A DNA stretch of 36,711 bases, from the NCBI RefSeq assembly GCF_000181795.1, contig NW_003526941.1, positions 3,754,282 to 3,790,992 on the forward strand. The letters run 5' to 3'. Under the pieces are notes generated by a model. The model was not told the DNA's origin. It ran no database searches and saw nothing but the letters and a program-made list of their open reading frames with translations. Shown piece after piece: positions 11,691-25,100 of the stretch. The position numbers and the translations under genes were made by a program. Within the stretch, counting starts at the first letter, position 1. Every line of letters starts with the position of its first letter. Origin of the DNA: Trichinella spiralis (Eukaryota).

Positions 11691-14117
11691 TTGTTGGAAA
11701 TGGGAGATGAAGGAAGAGAGAAAGAAAAGAACTAATAATATCATCCGAGTCAGAGCAAAGTTGAGGGGCAAGAATTCTACAAGCTAGCTAGCTGGCTAGC
11801 TAGCGAAGTCAGTTTTCCATGGACCACAGTTCTTTGCGGAAAACGGCGTCCAAACTGAGCGTTCAGTGTTCTGCAACGGCTTGATATTGTAGAGATTTTG
11901 GCGATTGCAGCGCCGTTCAAAAACGCTGGTTGGTTACTGGCGACGATTCCTATGGCCGATTGGTGGTTCACTACGGCTAACCAGAATTGTTTTTGGACCG
12001 CTAACGCTAAACTGAACTAAACTAACGCCACATCATGGCAAAATGTATCCCGAAATATGCAAACAACACTGATCCGAACTCTAGCATATATGTAGTATAG
12101 AAAATTTTGGAAGATGACAAATAACTTTCATCACAATTTGCAAAACCAAATCATCTCACAAATCTTCTACTAACACCTAACCACCTCTACACATACATAT
12201 AAAACAAAATTTAATAACAATACCAATCTCAATTGATAATTTGTATTAATAATTGATCTTCACCCAGTGATAAATCAACACGAAAAGTTTTCGTATTTAT
12301 AACAAACAACACATTTTAACAAATTGATCTTACAATTTTATAAATTTAAATGTAAAAAAAATTCAGTTATCGTTTTATTGTAATAACTATTGAGTGTTGA
12401 ATATTCGGAATCTTATTTTGGTTGCTTGGTAAGAATTTGCAAAAAACAAAACCTACAACAACAAAAATGCAAATCCTGAAAAAGTATTTATTTTCGTTGA
12501 CATTGTATTTTGTATGTGTGTGTGTGTGTGTGCTTTTACTTTTGTTTTACTGTTCACACTTCTTTTGTTGAAATTTTGAAATTATTTATTTTCCATAATT
12601 TGCTTTCTTCAAGTTGATGGACAACTTTGCAAGCATATTTTTTCAAATAATCTTTTCAAACCTTTGATGAAAATTTCTTTCATCATCATAAACAGGAGAT
12701 ACGCCCTATAATTTCTCACGAACCAACCATCCGTACGAACGACACATGACTGCGCTTTCTTTTTTTGTTTAATCTCAGCCGAATTTATAAAAACGTCTAA
12801 TTTTAACAACACTTGCATTCATTTATTTTATCTTTTGTTCAGCTTTGACATGCTGCACATGTTATATATATATCATATCTCATATATGCTTTTTGTTCAC
12901 ATTTTCAGGGTGTGTCCAAGCAAGCATATCTTTTCAGCAAAAATGTCAATTAATTGATAGCTTTGCATTTTGCAAGCTCGTTTTTCATTTGACAAACAAA
13001 AATTTCCCAAACCTTTTCTGACAAAATGTAACTCTGGCACATTTCCGTTCATTTCACTAACGCTAAGCATTGTTGTTATCAGCATTTTTAATCTTTTTCT
13101 TATTTCTGCGCTTGAATGTGTTTTTATTTTTCACATAACAGTAATTTTTTTTCGATCTGACTTTACATTTGAGCAAATGGTGAATTGCTTTTAAGTTTTA
13201 ATTTCTTCGACTATGCAGATGAACACTTGCTTTACTATTTTGTACTAGGTTGAATAAAAGAAACTTAGCCAATTACATTTTTAAAAATAAAATTTGCATA
13301 AATGTTGAGCTTATATTGATAAAACAGCACAACTGGTTCATTGTTAGAATTGAGCACGTTTGCGCGTAGTTGTGGACACGTTTTGGCTCGTCTTAAGCCG
13401 CCGAAGAAGTATTTTCGGTGAAATTTTGAGCTATGCAAAAAAATAATAATGAAATTGATAAAATTTTGTTATTGTTTTTTTTTTGTAATAAAGGCGTTGT
13501 TGTTTTTAATTGCAGAGAATTGCTGTTTGTGTGAAAAAAAATAATAATTCGTGTTGGAAAGAATTAAAGAAGAAAATTAGAATAATGAATACGACGGACA
13601 GTTTAATCGGCTTCTGTTGAACGTGTATCAAGCCGGGCCGTTGTCTAGATGCCGAGCAGGCAAGCAAGCACAAGCAAACAAGAAAAGCAAAACAATCTCA
13701 ACAATATCGCCTACAGCGTATTGCACAAATTTTCAGGGTAAGTTTTTATTTCAACTGTTAGCTGATCACTGTTGCACAGGGGTATTTTTTTTCCCTTTCT
13801 TTCTTTCTGTAGTCAGCAGTGCAACATTCAAATTTCTCTTGTCACTTTCGCATCAGCATCAGATAATGCATGAGATAGAAATTTCCATTTTCCACCATCA
13901 CCCGATTGAATTTGTTATTTCAAGTGATACGTATGTTCACCATTCTTGTTTAGTCTGCTTTTCAATTCAAAATCAACGTAAAGCTCAATTTCATCGTCAC
14001 TTTAAATTAACTTTTATTAATTCTTCTTCAAATCATTTTGGTACGGTTCTTAGCAAAATAATCATCACAATGCAATTAACAATTTTCGGCCATGTATAAA
14101 AAATTTTTTTTGAAAAT

Positions 14118-15182
14118 TCACAAAAAAATCGGACCTACACGATGACAGCCATGGTTGTTGTTGTTGTTGTTGTTGTGTTGGGGCTTTTTCGAGCAATCAA
14201 TTGATCCATAATAGGTCAACATGTTCACCTTATCTACAGCTAGATGCTTTTGGCGTCCATAATGCGGTGATAACAAATAATACCAGCCTTCAATTTGCTG
14301 AAATGAAAAAGAAATTTGAACAAAAATTTTTTTGCACAAGCAGGTTGATATACCTTTGTTTGCAGTATACTTCTCACGCTGAATGCCATGCATCCTAATA
14401 AGCCTCCTTTTCTGTAAAATGCAATTTATATAGTTGCATGAAAAAATATTTTATAAAAACAACAGAAAAAATAATAATACTGTGTATTGCAATCTCGATT
14501 CCAGACAGAGATGAGTAACCGTTTTCGACTGTCTTCGGGCAAAAGTTCACTAAAAAGTATATGGATGCATTTTGCTATTTTTAATATTCATCTCATAATA
14601 ACTTACAATGTGACATTTTGATTGAAAACCGGGCTATTGCTTCCTGGCACAATTTCAGATTTATACTGTGTACGTTTCTCTTCGTCTGGCATCAGTGATA
14701 GCTGAAATGAGAAGATTTTCTATTATCAATTTAACAACAACAACAAGTATTTCACGATCACAAGCTTACCCTGATATAAGCATTGCAACTTGTCGAACCG
14801 GGAGGAGGCTGCAAATTTCTTGCTTCATCGGCTAAACAGAATTATATATATTTTTTAATTTTCTTTATTTTGGTTTTCAAATTTCAACTCACCACATATA
14901 GTAAGTAAGCTTCTGTTCAAAATAACCGAAACGTAAAGTTCGCCTAAAAAGGTGTACATTTTAATTTAATAAAAAATGAAAGCAGTTTTTTCTTTTTAAA
15001 ATATAATTTTCATAATTTTTCATGAAATTGGGTGATTAAACTTTTGAACAAACAAAAAATTCATATCCGGTGAAATAAGTATGAATCTCGAATGAAAAAT
15101 ATTTATCCAAAATTAGAAATTTAAAAATTTTCTGTTTTCAATAATTAAGGCTTCATGTTCGCAGATGGTCAAGCAGTTGTGC

Positions 15183-15239
<57 letters not shown>

Positions 15240-17099
15240 TGTGTAACAATTATCGTACAAAGGTGAAACTGGGGTGAAGAAAGTTGTCTGTCTACTGGTC
15301 ACCTGTTGACCACCTGTCGAGAAAGCACGTGGCTAAAGACCGAATAATTGCACTTCGACAGCTGCATCATTTATTTGTATTTGTCGTTCCTTTGCCTTCG
15401 GTTCGGTTCACTTTTCATCTGACCGGTGCAGACGTAATTTTTTTGTAAGCTCCAAGCTCCAACCGACTGCGCTAATTGAACGTTTAGCCGGGAACAAGTT
15501 GCTTATTTAATTTTTATTTTATATAATACATTGCATAGCTGCAGATGTTTTTTTTCTTCATCATTTTCAGACATCTTCATTCGTTAATAATTAATAATTC
15601 GTTAATAAGGCAAAATGCACGGGGGAAAATGAAAAAAATTTTCTCTTGTGATGGAAAACAATTTCGATCAAATATTATTGATTTTCTTTGTCGACCTTGA
15701 ATATGTCATAATGACCGTATAAATTAGATATTGTCAAGTACAATTTTGCGGGAAATTAAATTTTCAATTTTGAAATAAAAGAAGAAAGAAGAACAAGTCA
15801 ATTTTTTTTGTACATGTAAATTTGCTTACCGTCACCATTATTATTATTATTATTATTATTGATCGAACGTGGTGGATAAAATTGAATCTCGGTCAAATGA
15901 TATATATATATATATATTTGGCTTTTTTCGTTTCATCCGTCCTTGGCTAATATGACAAACAGTTGGCGTCACTTTCAACTTAGAGCAATGGCCGGAAAAG
16001 CGTTTAAGGAAACAGTGTTTTGACATGGCCGGCTGAATTGAATTATAATCAGGTTTCTTCAGTTTTTCATTTTTCATCATTGATGTGCACGCTTGATTGG
16101 ATCCATTTTCAAATGTTGAAGTATCAAATGAAGCGGAGCAGGTGCTTCGATGCAAAGTTGAAGAATCTGAGGAAACTGTATCCAAAAATGGCGTGCCTGT
16201 CTGCCTGTTTGCTTGAATGATCCGATCAACATGTGGTGCATGTGTGTGTACTTTGGATTTGTCATTTTGTGCCGTCTTATTTTGTGGAACAACTGTTCAT
16301 TCAGGAGGAAAAGAAGGTAAAAATGATAGATAGCGTCCATTTGGTTCTCTTTTCAATATTGACAACAAGCAACAACAATCAAACAAGCAAGCAAGCAAGC
16401 AAGAATAATAAGAGGGCAAAAATTAAAGTATAATAAATAAAATTGCATACCTTTAATGCCGAAAGCTTTCAAACCGGAGACAATTCTTTTCATTTGCGCT
16501 TTTTGTTCACACGTTGATGATTGTAGTGATGGTGAATTTGTACCACTAGAACGAGATCCAGTGATCGCACTGTCGGTTGTTGTGCTTGTAGTGGTAGTAG
16601 TAGTAGTACTGGTAGCTGTTGATGTTGTGGTCGGTTCCTCTTCAGCAATTGGACCAACACGACGTACTGTAGCAAAGCCGAACTTTGGGTCAGTGCGTGG
16701 TCTGGCTGCGACATAGGGGTTAGTTTTGGGAAATTTGTTCGGACTTGGATAATAAGACAACGTTGCGTCACTGCTCGAAGAATAAGTCGAACTGGACGAC
16801 AACGGTGGTCCAAAATCGTCGCGGAAACTGCCCAACGGACGCCTGGACGAATGTGGAAGTGTTTGATAAGTGCGGGCTATGGTCGGCTGACATTGGGCAG
16901 AAGTGCGATCCAGTGGACGTCGTCTGGACTGGCCAGCGCCCATCTTGTTAGCACAGTTCAACTGAGATTCAGTTGAAGACCTCAACGGAACTGGTCTGAC
17001 GGCGGCGGCTGACCACGCGGACGAAGAGCAGGCGGTATTTGAGGACAGCGACGAAGACGACGACGACGGTAATTCCACTATTGAAACGGTACGTCTCAT
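14118..17099 (-). CDS. Ser/Thr-rich protein with a C-terminal RGS3-type C2 domain (C2_RGS-like); middle and last exons uncertain
   Basis: C2 exons 14943-14893, 14831-14770, 14701-14607, 14549-14481, 14411-14354, 14297-(14229 or 14118) splice in frame: GELYVSVILNRSLLTICADEARNLQPPPGSTSCNAYIRLSLMPDEEKRTQYKSEIVPGSNSPVFNQNVTFELLPEDSRKRLLISVWNRDCNTQKGGLLGCMAFSVRSILQTKQIEGWYYLLSPHYGRQKHL. This resembles the RGS3 C2 (KRLLVTVWNR..GLIGCMSFGV..ISGWYYLLGEHLGRTKHL). Upstream exons ~17099-16451 and ~16175-15830 are low complexity; their linkage is inferred from phase-1 junctions. Confidence 0.7.
15183..15238. repeat. (AAT)~18 microsatellite in the C2-gene intron
   Basis: Perfect tandem AAT run. Confidence 0.95.
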
Positions 17100-19158
17100 A
17101 ATAATAGATATGCATAAATTGTCATACCAGTACCCATCGACCACAAACGGCGGAGCAATTTTTGGAAAAGTGAACTGTAGCAAAATGAAATTGAAATTGA
17201 TATAAACAATAAGTAAAATCGCCTGGTTGTATGCGAAGCAAGGCAAGTTAAATTATTAAATTGATTGAAACGAACAGAAATGAAAATTTCTCCTTATCCA
17301 CACCACAGTCACTGGCGCACTGCGTCGGCGCACATCTGTCGTCGTGCTGTTCAAGCCAACTGTTCTTTATTGTCTCAATGGCCAAAGTGCCCCGAATGAC
17401 AGAAAGGCGACGAATCAAGATTTGCTGATTTGTCAGTGTTGTTGTTTTATTGGCTGGCTGGCTGGCTGTTGGACTGTACTGTGGAGAATATACAGCAGTG
17501 TAAAGTTGGTCACGAGAGATATTTTCTAATAAGCGAAAAAATGGGCAAAGGTGAAATAGATAAATAAATAAATATAATAAAGCTAACTAACTAGCTGAAA
17601 AAACCGATGAACTCTTTTCACTGGTCGGTCGTTCAACTGACCCTGGTGCCAATTTTTCGATTCGAATGACCGCCAAACACCTGCCTGCCAATCAGCTAAC
17701 GCCTGACCCAGTTGGATCGGCTTTAATCTTCTCAAATCAAGTAATAAGAATAAAAAGCGGCTCGTTTTCAACTGATGAAATTGAGCTGACCGACCACTTC
17801 CGTTCGCAAACAATACTTTTCCCATCATAATTGCAGAAAAACAATTTTCCCCTTCTTTTTTGTTTTCATTATTTTTCTTGATAATTTTTGTCTTTTAAAA
17901 ATTTATTTTCAATTCGTCTGTCCATTTGGAACAAGTGAACAAAAGAGCAACGCAAATCAGCAGGGGATTGATTCGGTTCGCAATTTCAGTTACAACTGTG
18001 TACAGTTTATTGCCAAAATCGATCTTGAACTCCATTTTCGTCCTTGACGTTAATGTTCAAAATTTGGATATTTTTCAAAATTGACTTTTAATTATAAAAA
18101 AAAAAAGAAAATTTTTATAACCTGAACAAATTTTCATTCTCATGGCAATTTTCGTGCTTGTCGCACGCACATTTCTCGACATTTGTTCTAGAAAATGCAA
18201 TTGACTACAATCACCAAAAAAAACACTTATCCGCTTCATTTCCTGCTTACAGTAACTGTAATTGTTTTTTCTTTTGTTTGCATTGTTGGTTAATGTTTTT
18301 TTTGAAAAAGGACAATGAGAAAGATAATATCAATTTTTTTTAAAGTAGCCGGAAATTGTTCATTACGCTACGCTACACTTCGGGCTTTTAGTTGTAATTT
18401 GTGCATTATTGCACTGTTTTTTAGAAAAAATTACGTAAAACATTCACTTCATTGATCCCGTAATGCGTAACCTTTGTCCTATTGATTTTTGTTTACGGCA
18501 GTAGTTTTTCGAGATATTCAAAAAATTATCTTGTGTTGTGTGTAAAAAATTTTATTCCAAATTATTATTTTTTGATTAATTTCATACATGCGTAACAAAA
18601 GTGAAAATTTTTCATCGTTTAAAATTTTTTCACGATGCATACTATCCGTTTGGTTGTTTATAATTTACAGTATGAACATTGTGAATTTCTAGTTCGACTA
18701 TTGCAAATGATACTTCCCTTTTATAAAATGTTAAATATTAAATTAAGAATTATTTTTAATTTTTTGTGCCATTAGCAAAACTGTATATTTGTTTATGATG
18801 TCAGAGAAAAAATTGATAGAATCATTTTTTAATTAAAAGATTATAAAAACTGAATAGTTATGAAAATTATTTTGAGAAATATTAAAATTATACGTTTTAG
18901 TAGCTATTGTTTGTTAAATTTGAAATTTAATTAAAAAAAGTTTCTATTATTTATGACGGTAATATCAACTGTTGACGTACCAGTCGCATCAATTTACATT
19001 ACTTTTTACTGTTTGCCCTTGCATTCTTTTTGTACTGTATTTTTGGAGATCATCTTTGATGCACGTCTGTTGGTTTTTGTAAATGCTTTTTCCATTCTGG
19101 TTAATCGTCACGTTTGAAATTTTCTAAATTCCATCCCTGCTGATTTTCAGCGTTTTCA

Positions 19159-22100
19159 ATGGAAGGAGAGGTAAGCGCTTACTTCAGTGAAGAGTTGGTC
19201 GCCGTTTTGCCAGAGCAGTTGAAAGCGAACTTGCGTTCTGTTGTGTCGAAAATCAAAGCCGACGCAATCACCGATGCCAAAAAACAATACGGTTTGAAAT
19301 TTTCTAATTCTCAATTATTGGTATTATTTTTCATTGCTATTTCAACAGAATGGACATTTGTTGGAGGCAATTGCAAAGAAGTTCAAAAGTTGAAAACTTT
19401 GTTGGATGAAAGTTTGGCCAATGTCGCTCGATTAGAATCCGAAAAGAACGGATGTAGTTTTATATTTAATTTTATTATAAATTATTTGTATGAATATGAA
19501 TTTGAATGTTTTCAATTCAGTTATCAAGCAGTGGCAAAAATTTGACTCCTGCCAAAAATTGGAAGAGAAGTTAGCAGCTGTAACTGAGCGATTTGTACGT
19601 ATTTTTTGGAATTTTGAATTCTGTTTTTTTCGTTCCTTCTTTTTTGGATCAAACTTTTATTTCATTGCGTGGAAATTGAAATTTTCAGGAACAAGAAAGG
19701 GTGCAGGCTAACAATTTGGAGAAAGCCAATGCAGAGCTCATCGAGTTGATAGATGATAAAGAAATGAAAATTGAAGAATTGGAAAGTAGCTTTGGTTTTT
19801 TTGTTCTAAATTTTGTTTTATACGATTTGTGTTCAAATGTTGAAATAATTAATAGATGAAGTTGCTGCGTTGGCCAAAAGTTGCGACGAACAATTTGGAA
19901 TTAATGTTGGTTTGAGAAAAATGAATGATGATTCGAGTCTGAAAATACAGATATTAGAGGTTTTTTTTAATTTAATGCTTATGTGAAATCTTCACGTGTA
20001 TTGATATTGGTAAATTGAATTCAAAATTGACAGAACAAAGAGAAATTGATGGAAGATCAGATTGCTGAAATGATGGTGCGGAATGAAAAGCCAATTGTGG
20101 AACTTCGCAAAACATTTCACGATCATCTTACAGCTTCTGTATTGTTTGCTTTTTTGTTTTTATTTTTCTTTTTTGTCGCTGATCTACTACTTAACATTTT
20201 CTAGGCGAAAAAGGAATACGAACTGAGGGAAATGTTAGCATCGACGGAAAATATGGTCGCACATTTGAAAGCGGTATGCATGCGATACGAAGAAGAGCGA
20301 AAGATTCTCCAAGAAGGAAAAGACGATATTGCTATTCAGTTGAGCCGAGTATGTTTGGATATTTTATTTAAATTTTGTACGATGTTTTCACTCACTGGTG
20401 GTAAATTGTTTAGGAGCGTGCACAAGCGGAGTCTTTAAAAAATGCAATGACTGAGCTTGAAGAAAAATTTCAACAAACAAATGTAAGTGTGCACAGTCGC
20501 ATCAGTTTATTTCCTTTTGATCACAATCAATCAATCGGTGTGTTCAGTTCGATTTGTATTCACTTTTTTTGTATTTTATTCTTCGTTTACGTGTACATTT
20601 GTTGGTGTATATTTATTTCTATAGGAATCTTTGGCAAAATACGAAACAGTTGCAGGATCACTGTCCGATGAAGTGGAACACTTAACATTCCAGTATAGCC
20701 AAAGTACTACACGCTGCTTTGTTCGTTCTGATTGCTTTTATTGTTTATTTTCTATTTAAGAAGTAGAAGAAAAAAATTCACAAATCAAAACGCTGCAGCA
20801 GGAGCATGAGAAACAAGATCAGCTCAACGGTAAGCAGTTAGCGTTGTTTGGCTGAATGTGTGTGTGTGTGAATGTGAAATTCAAAATTTTGAGGAAAATA
20901 AATATTTTTTGCACAATAAATAAATTGAAATATTTTAAGTAAATTTTTTGTAAACATGTTTTATTATTAAATGAAAAATTATGCAAAAGTCTGTTCGATG
21001 AACTTGCTTCTTTACGGTTACTGTATTTTGTAGAGAATGAAATTCAGGCACTGAAGGCGGAACTGAACGGCATGAGTATAAAGATGATCGATTTGAATTT
21101 TTTTTTCTGTGATATTTTTACAATTTGTTTCGCCGATTAACAGGGCAAAAAGCTAAGATGCGTGACAGTCGAAGTGGTCAAATGTGTGGCGTTGGTTTGG
21201 CGCAGCAAAAGTCATATTTATTAGACGGGCTCGGCAATGGGGTGGAGAGTTATGAAAATGAAAAATTGAATGATTTGCTGTACACTTTGGCCCAGGAACA
21301 GAAGACAATGGTTTCGACGTGGAAGCAGTGGAAAGATGAAGCGAAAAAATTGCGCTCAGATATGGAGACGATTTCGAAAGAGAAAAATTGTTTAATTAAA
21401 GAGAATCGGCAGTTGGTCGAAAACAATCTGCTTTATATTCAAAAGCTGAATGATATGGTAAGAAAGCTTGACGAAAACGGTCTTCTCACGGAACAGCTCA
21501 ACGATGAGGTTGGTTATTTTAAGATATGTATATATGCATTTTTTTTGTTTTTGATTTCATTTTCTTAGGTGAAATTGTTGCTTGAGAAAGCAAGACGAGA
21601 GGTAGATATGATGCGCGAAAATCAGCATCGGCTGAGAAGATTACACAGTGAAGATGAATTTTCAGAGTATGATGATGTTGTTAAAATTGTTCAAAAAACA
21701 AAAATACACTTCTGGGTTATTATTGCTTTAGCTCAGAGGAACGTTTGAGTGGAATTGGTGAATTATTCGAGAGGGAAATGGAAGATAGAATTGACGAAGT
21801 CAAAATTGCCAACAGTGCTCCTCTTCCTCCTCCTTCTTCTTCTTCTTCTTCTTCACAATTGCTACAAGTTGCTAACAGTGCTGCATTCACGAATGTCCCA
21901 GACAACTCGACCAATGTGCGTAGTGGGATTGTCGTTGACGAAGATTCTTCACCTGGTAAAATTAGAATACAGAAAAAAACAACAGTTCAGATTTTTTTTG
22001 ACAATTTTTTGCAGTAGTGATGCTGACGAACGAGACCAAGGGTAAATCAGAAAGTGGTAAAGAATCGCTTGGATTGTTGTTGAATCGACTGCGTGAAGAA

Positions 22101-25100
22101 AATTTTGCGTTGTTGGCGCGAAATTCTGAGCTGGAAACACTGTTGAAGCACGAAGAGGAGCGTTTTCAACTTTTGAACATCAACTTGGAAGCGGAGAAGG
22201 CGGCCTTTGCCAACAAGCAGCAGGATTGTCAGAAAATGATAATCACTTTGGCGGAGCAGAATAAGCTGATCGAAGAGATGAAGTGGAAGCTGAATTGTGT
22301 CGGAAATACGTCCGCATTGGAGGCGGATTTGAGAGATACCCACAAGTGGATGAGCGAAATGATGTCGAGTGTGAAGCAGGCGTTGGGAAAGTTCGAAATG
22401 GCGAACATTGCCGACAATTTGGGCAATTTGCAGAAGAAAATGGAAGCTGAATTGCAAAAAGTGGTCGACAAAGCAGTGCTGCCCGTGAAAGAGGAGAACA
22501 GAGCGTTGATCGAGGCGAGAATGAAGATGGTGCAATTTTTGGACAAGGTGACCAAATTGCACAGCAGTGTTCGGGAAAGTTTTGAAAAAGACTGTGCGTC
22601 GGTTGAAGCTCGCCTGCATGCCTGCTTGGCGGAGAAGGACAAACTGCAGCAGGATATGGAACGTTGCACAAAGGAGAAAGAGATGTTGAATTGTCGGACG
22701 ATTCGAGCCGAAGAGGAGTTGGAAGTGTTGCGCATGCGGTTCGACGTGTTCGGGGGTGGGGTCGATTCGCGTTGGTTTGAGGCAGTTTTCAGGAACAAGC
22801 ATTTGGCGAATGCGAACGGGCCAACCAGTCGTGGAAATGACCACCAAGAAGTGCTGTTGTCGGTGGACGAATTGCAACGGTACAAAACGCTCTGCGAACA
22901 ACTGCACCAGACGATCATCCAGCCAAGCGTGACTGATTCCCAACGCCAGTGTGAACGTTCAATCGACGAAGAATTGAACCGTTGGCGTAGTGAAGTGGAC
23001 GATTTGAATGAAAAGCTTCGGTCGATGAAAAGCAAAATCGAAAATTTGGTTGGATCTGTACAAGAACGGGATGTTCGAATTTGTGAACTGCAATTGCGGC
23101 TCGATGCGTGTTTGTCAGAAAAGGACAATTGCATGATGCAGTTGGAAAAGTGGCAGGCGGAAGCGGCGGCTTTGTCCGTGGAAAATGGACAATGGAAACA
23201 AGAGTTGGACAATTTGAAATTGTGCATGGAAAATGTTTCATCCGAATGCTTGGCTAGCGTGAAAACGGACACGGAAACACTTTTTGAAAAAATTCGAGAA
23301 AGTTTGCCCATTGGCGAAGATGAACAACGTCAAGAAGAAAAAAAGCACAACAAGCAAAAGGGAAAATGGAAGCAGCAGCAGCAAGTGGTGGAATTAGAAA
23401 GAGAAGAAGAAGAATACGTCGTTGACAGTGATGTTGAGAATGACCATCGTGACAATAGGAATGATTACGACGATGATAATGACGAAATGACGGGGGATAT
23501 TATGAATATTGACGTGAATGATGATTTGAATGGTGATAATAATGAAAACGACGACGACGATGACTTGGATGCGGATATTGACGTTGACGAGGATGGGGAC
23601 GAGGACGATGACGACGATGATGATGGATTCGATGATGAAGACGATGAATTGGACGATATGGTGAGATATATGGATGACAATGGTCGAAAGTGGTACGAGC
23701 AGCAGATTTACATGAAAGAGTTGCACGTTCGGTTGGCAAATACTGAACGGGCGTTGCAAGAAGCTTCTCAGACGTTGTTGGCCGTGCAGAACGGCACCGA
23801 CGTGCTGGCAGAGGTGGAACGTGCCGAAGTGGAGACGCCGGAATTGTTGCAAAATTTGCGCTGGGAACGGCAAAAGTTGGAAGAGAAATTGGCCGTTGCC
23901 GAAGAAGAAGCGCTGCGCTATAGGACCAAAGCGCAGCTTTTCGAAGACAGTCTGCGCAACGTGACCGAAGCTTTGGAAGAGCGGGAACAGCAGAACGCTT
24001 TGGTCGACGCTTTGCGCCAGGAACGCAGCGAGCTGATGTTCCGTTTGAATGTTCTCAAAGAATACGAAGAGGAGAACGCTTTGCTCAAAGACGAGCTGCA
24101 CAATTTGCAACTGGTCGTTGCCCAAGGGCCCGACGCTTTTCGGTCCGTCTCGGTCGATTTCCAGGAACGGTTGGCCAACTACAAGCGCAGATGCATCGCC
24201 AACGAAAAACGTCTGTCGTCGGTCGAACAGCAGCTCGCCGAACTGAAAAGCCGAGCTTCAACTTTGCTGGCTGTACTGGACCAGTCGAGCCCCGTTGACC
24301 AGCGACGATCGGTCGATTCACCAACCCAACCCGGCGAAGATTCAATTCAAAATGGGCGTGGCTCCACACTCGCCACTCCAGCTCGGCAGCCCTCACCCCC
24401 AACCCACCACCTCAATCGTGAGTGTTGTATCTTTCTTTTTTTTATTTTATTCAATATTTTTTTATTGCACTGTGTTCTGTACATTTGGTTTGCTTTCATT
24501 CACAACGTGCTTGGCTTTTTTTTCTTTTTTCTTTTCTTTTCTTTTGTTCTTTTGTTTCTCCTCCATTCTTACTTATATTATTATCGGGGAAAAATTATTT
24601 GAGATAAAACATTTTTGTTTTTCTGTACAAGTGTTCAATGAATTTTTTTCTCGTTTATTTATTAGCTTGACCAAAATGCTAAAGAAGAATGCCAGGTATT
24701 ATTTTTTTTCTTACACGTTATAGTAAGAAACCGTAGCCACTAAGTGACCGTATCTCATCGAAAGTGATATTATTTTCCGTTGTTCCATGTTCAACTTGCA
24801 ACTTTTCATCTATTTCTTCATTACCACTATTGACAGTGCATTGCTTTTCACGTACGTACGTATTTGTGTATGTATGCCCGACAATTCTATGCATCCGATT
24901 GTTAATTATAAAAATTTCTTCTTTTTTTTCCACGCTTAGAATGTTTGTTTGACGTGTAGATATTATAGTTGGTAAACAGTTGAGATGTGCTTTTCAGCGT
25001 AGGGAAAATTTCAAACAACGGTTACTATCTCGAAAAATGAGGTCACCAGCGATATTTAGCCATTTAACTTGATTATTAAATGACGTCACGTTGTTTACTG

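Noticed and set aside
22047..24402. Long antisense ORFs (298, 360 and 243 aa) opposite the 2.4-kb exon
   Set aside because: Shadow ORFs produced by the codon bias of an E/K/L/Q/D-rich coiled-coil exon; no motifs or splice context.
24418..24602. Hydrophobic transmembrane-like tail of the 861-aa ORF
   Set aside because: Read-through into a T-rich intron after the strong C|GTGAGT donor at 24418.
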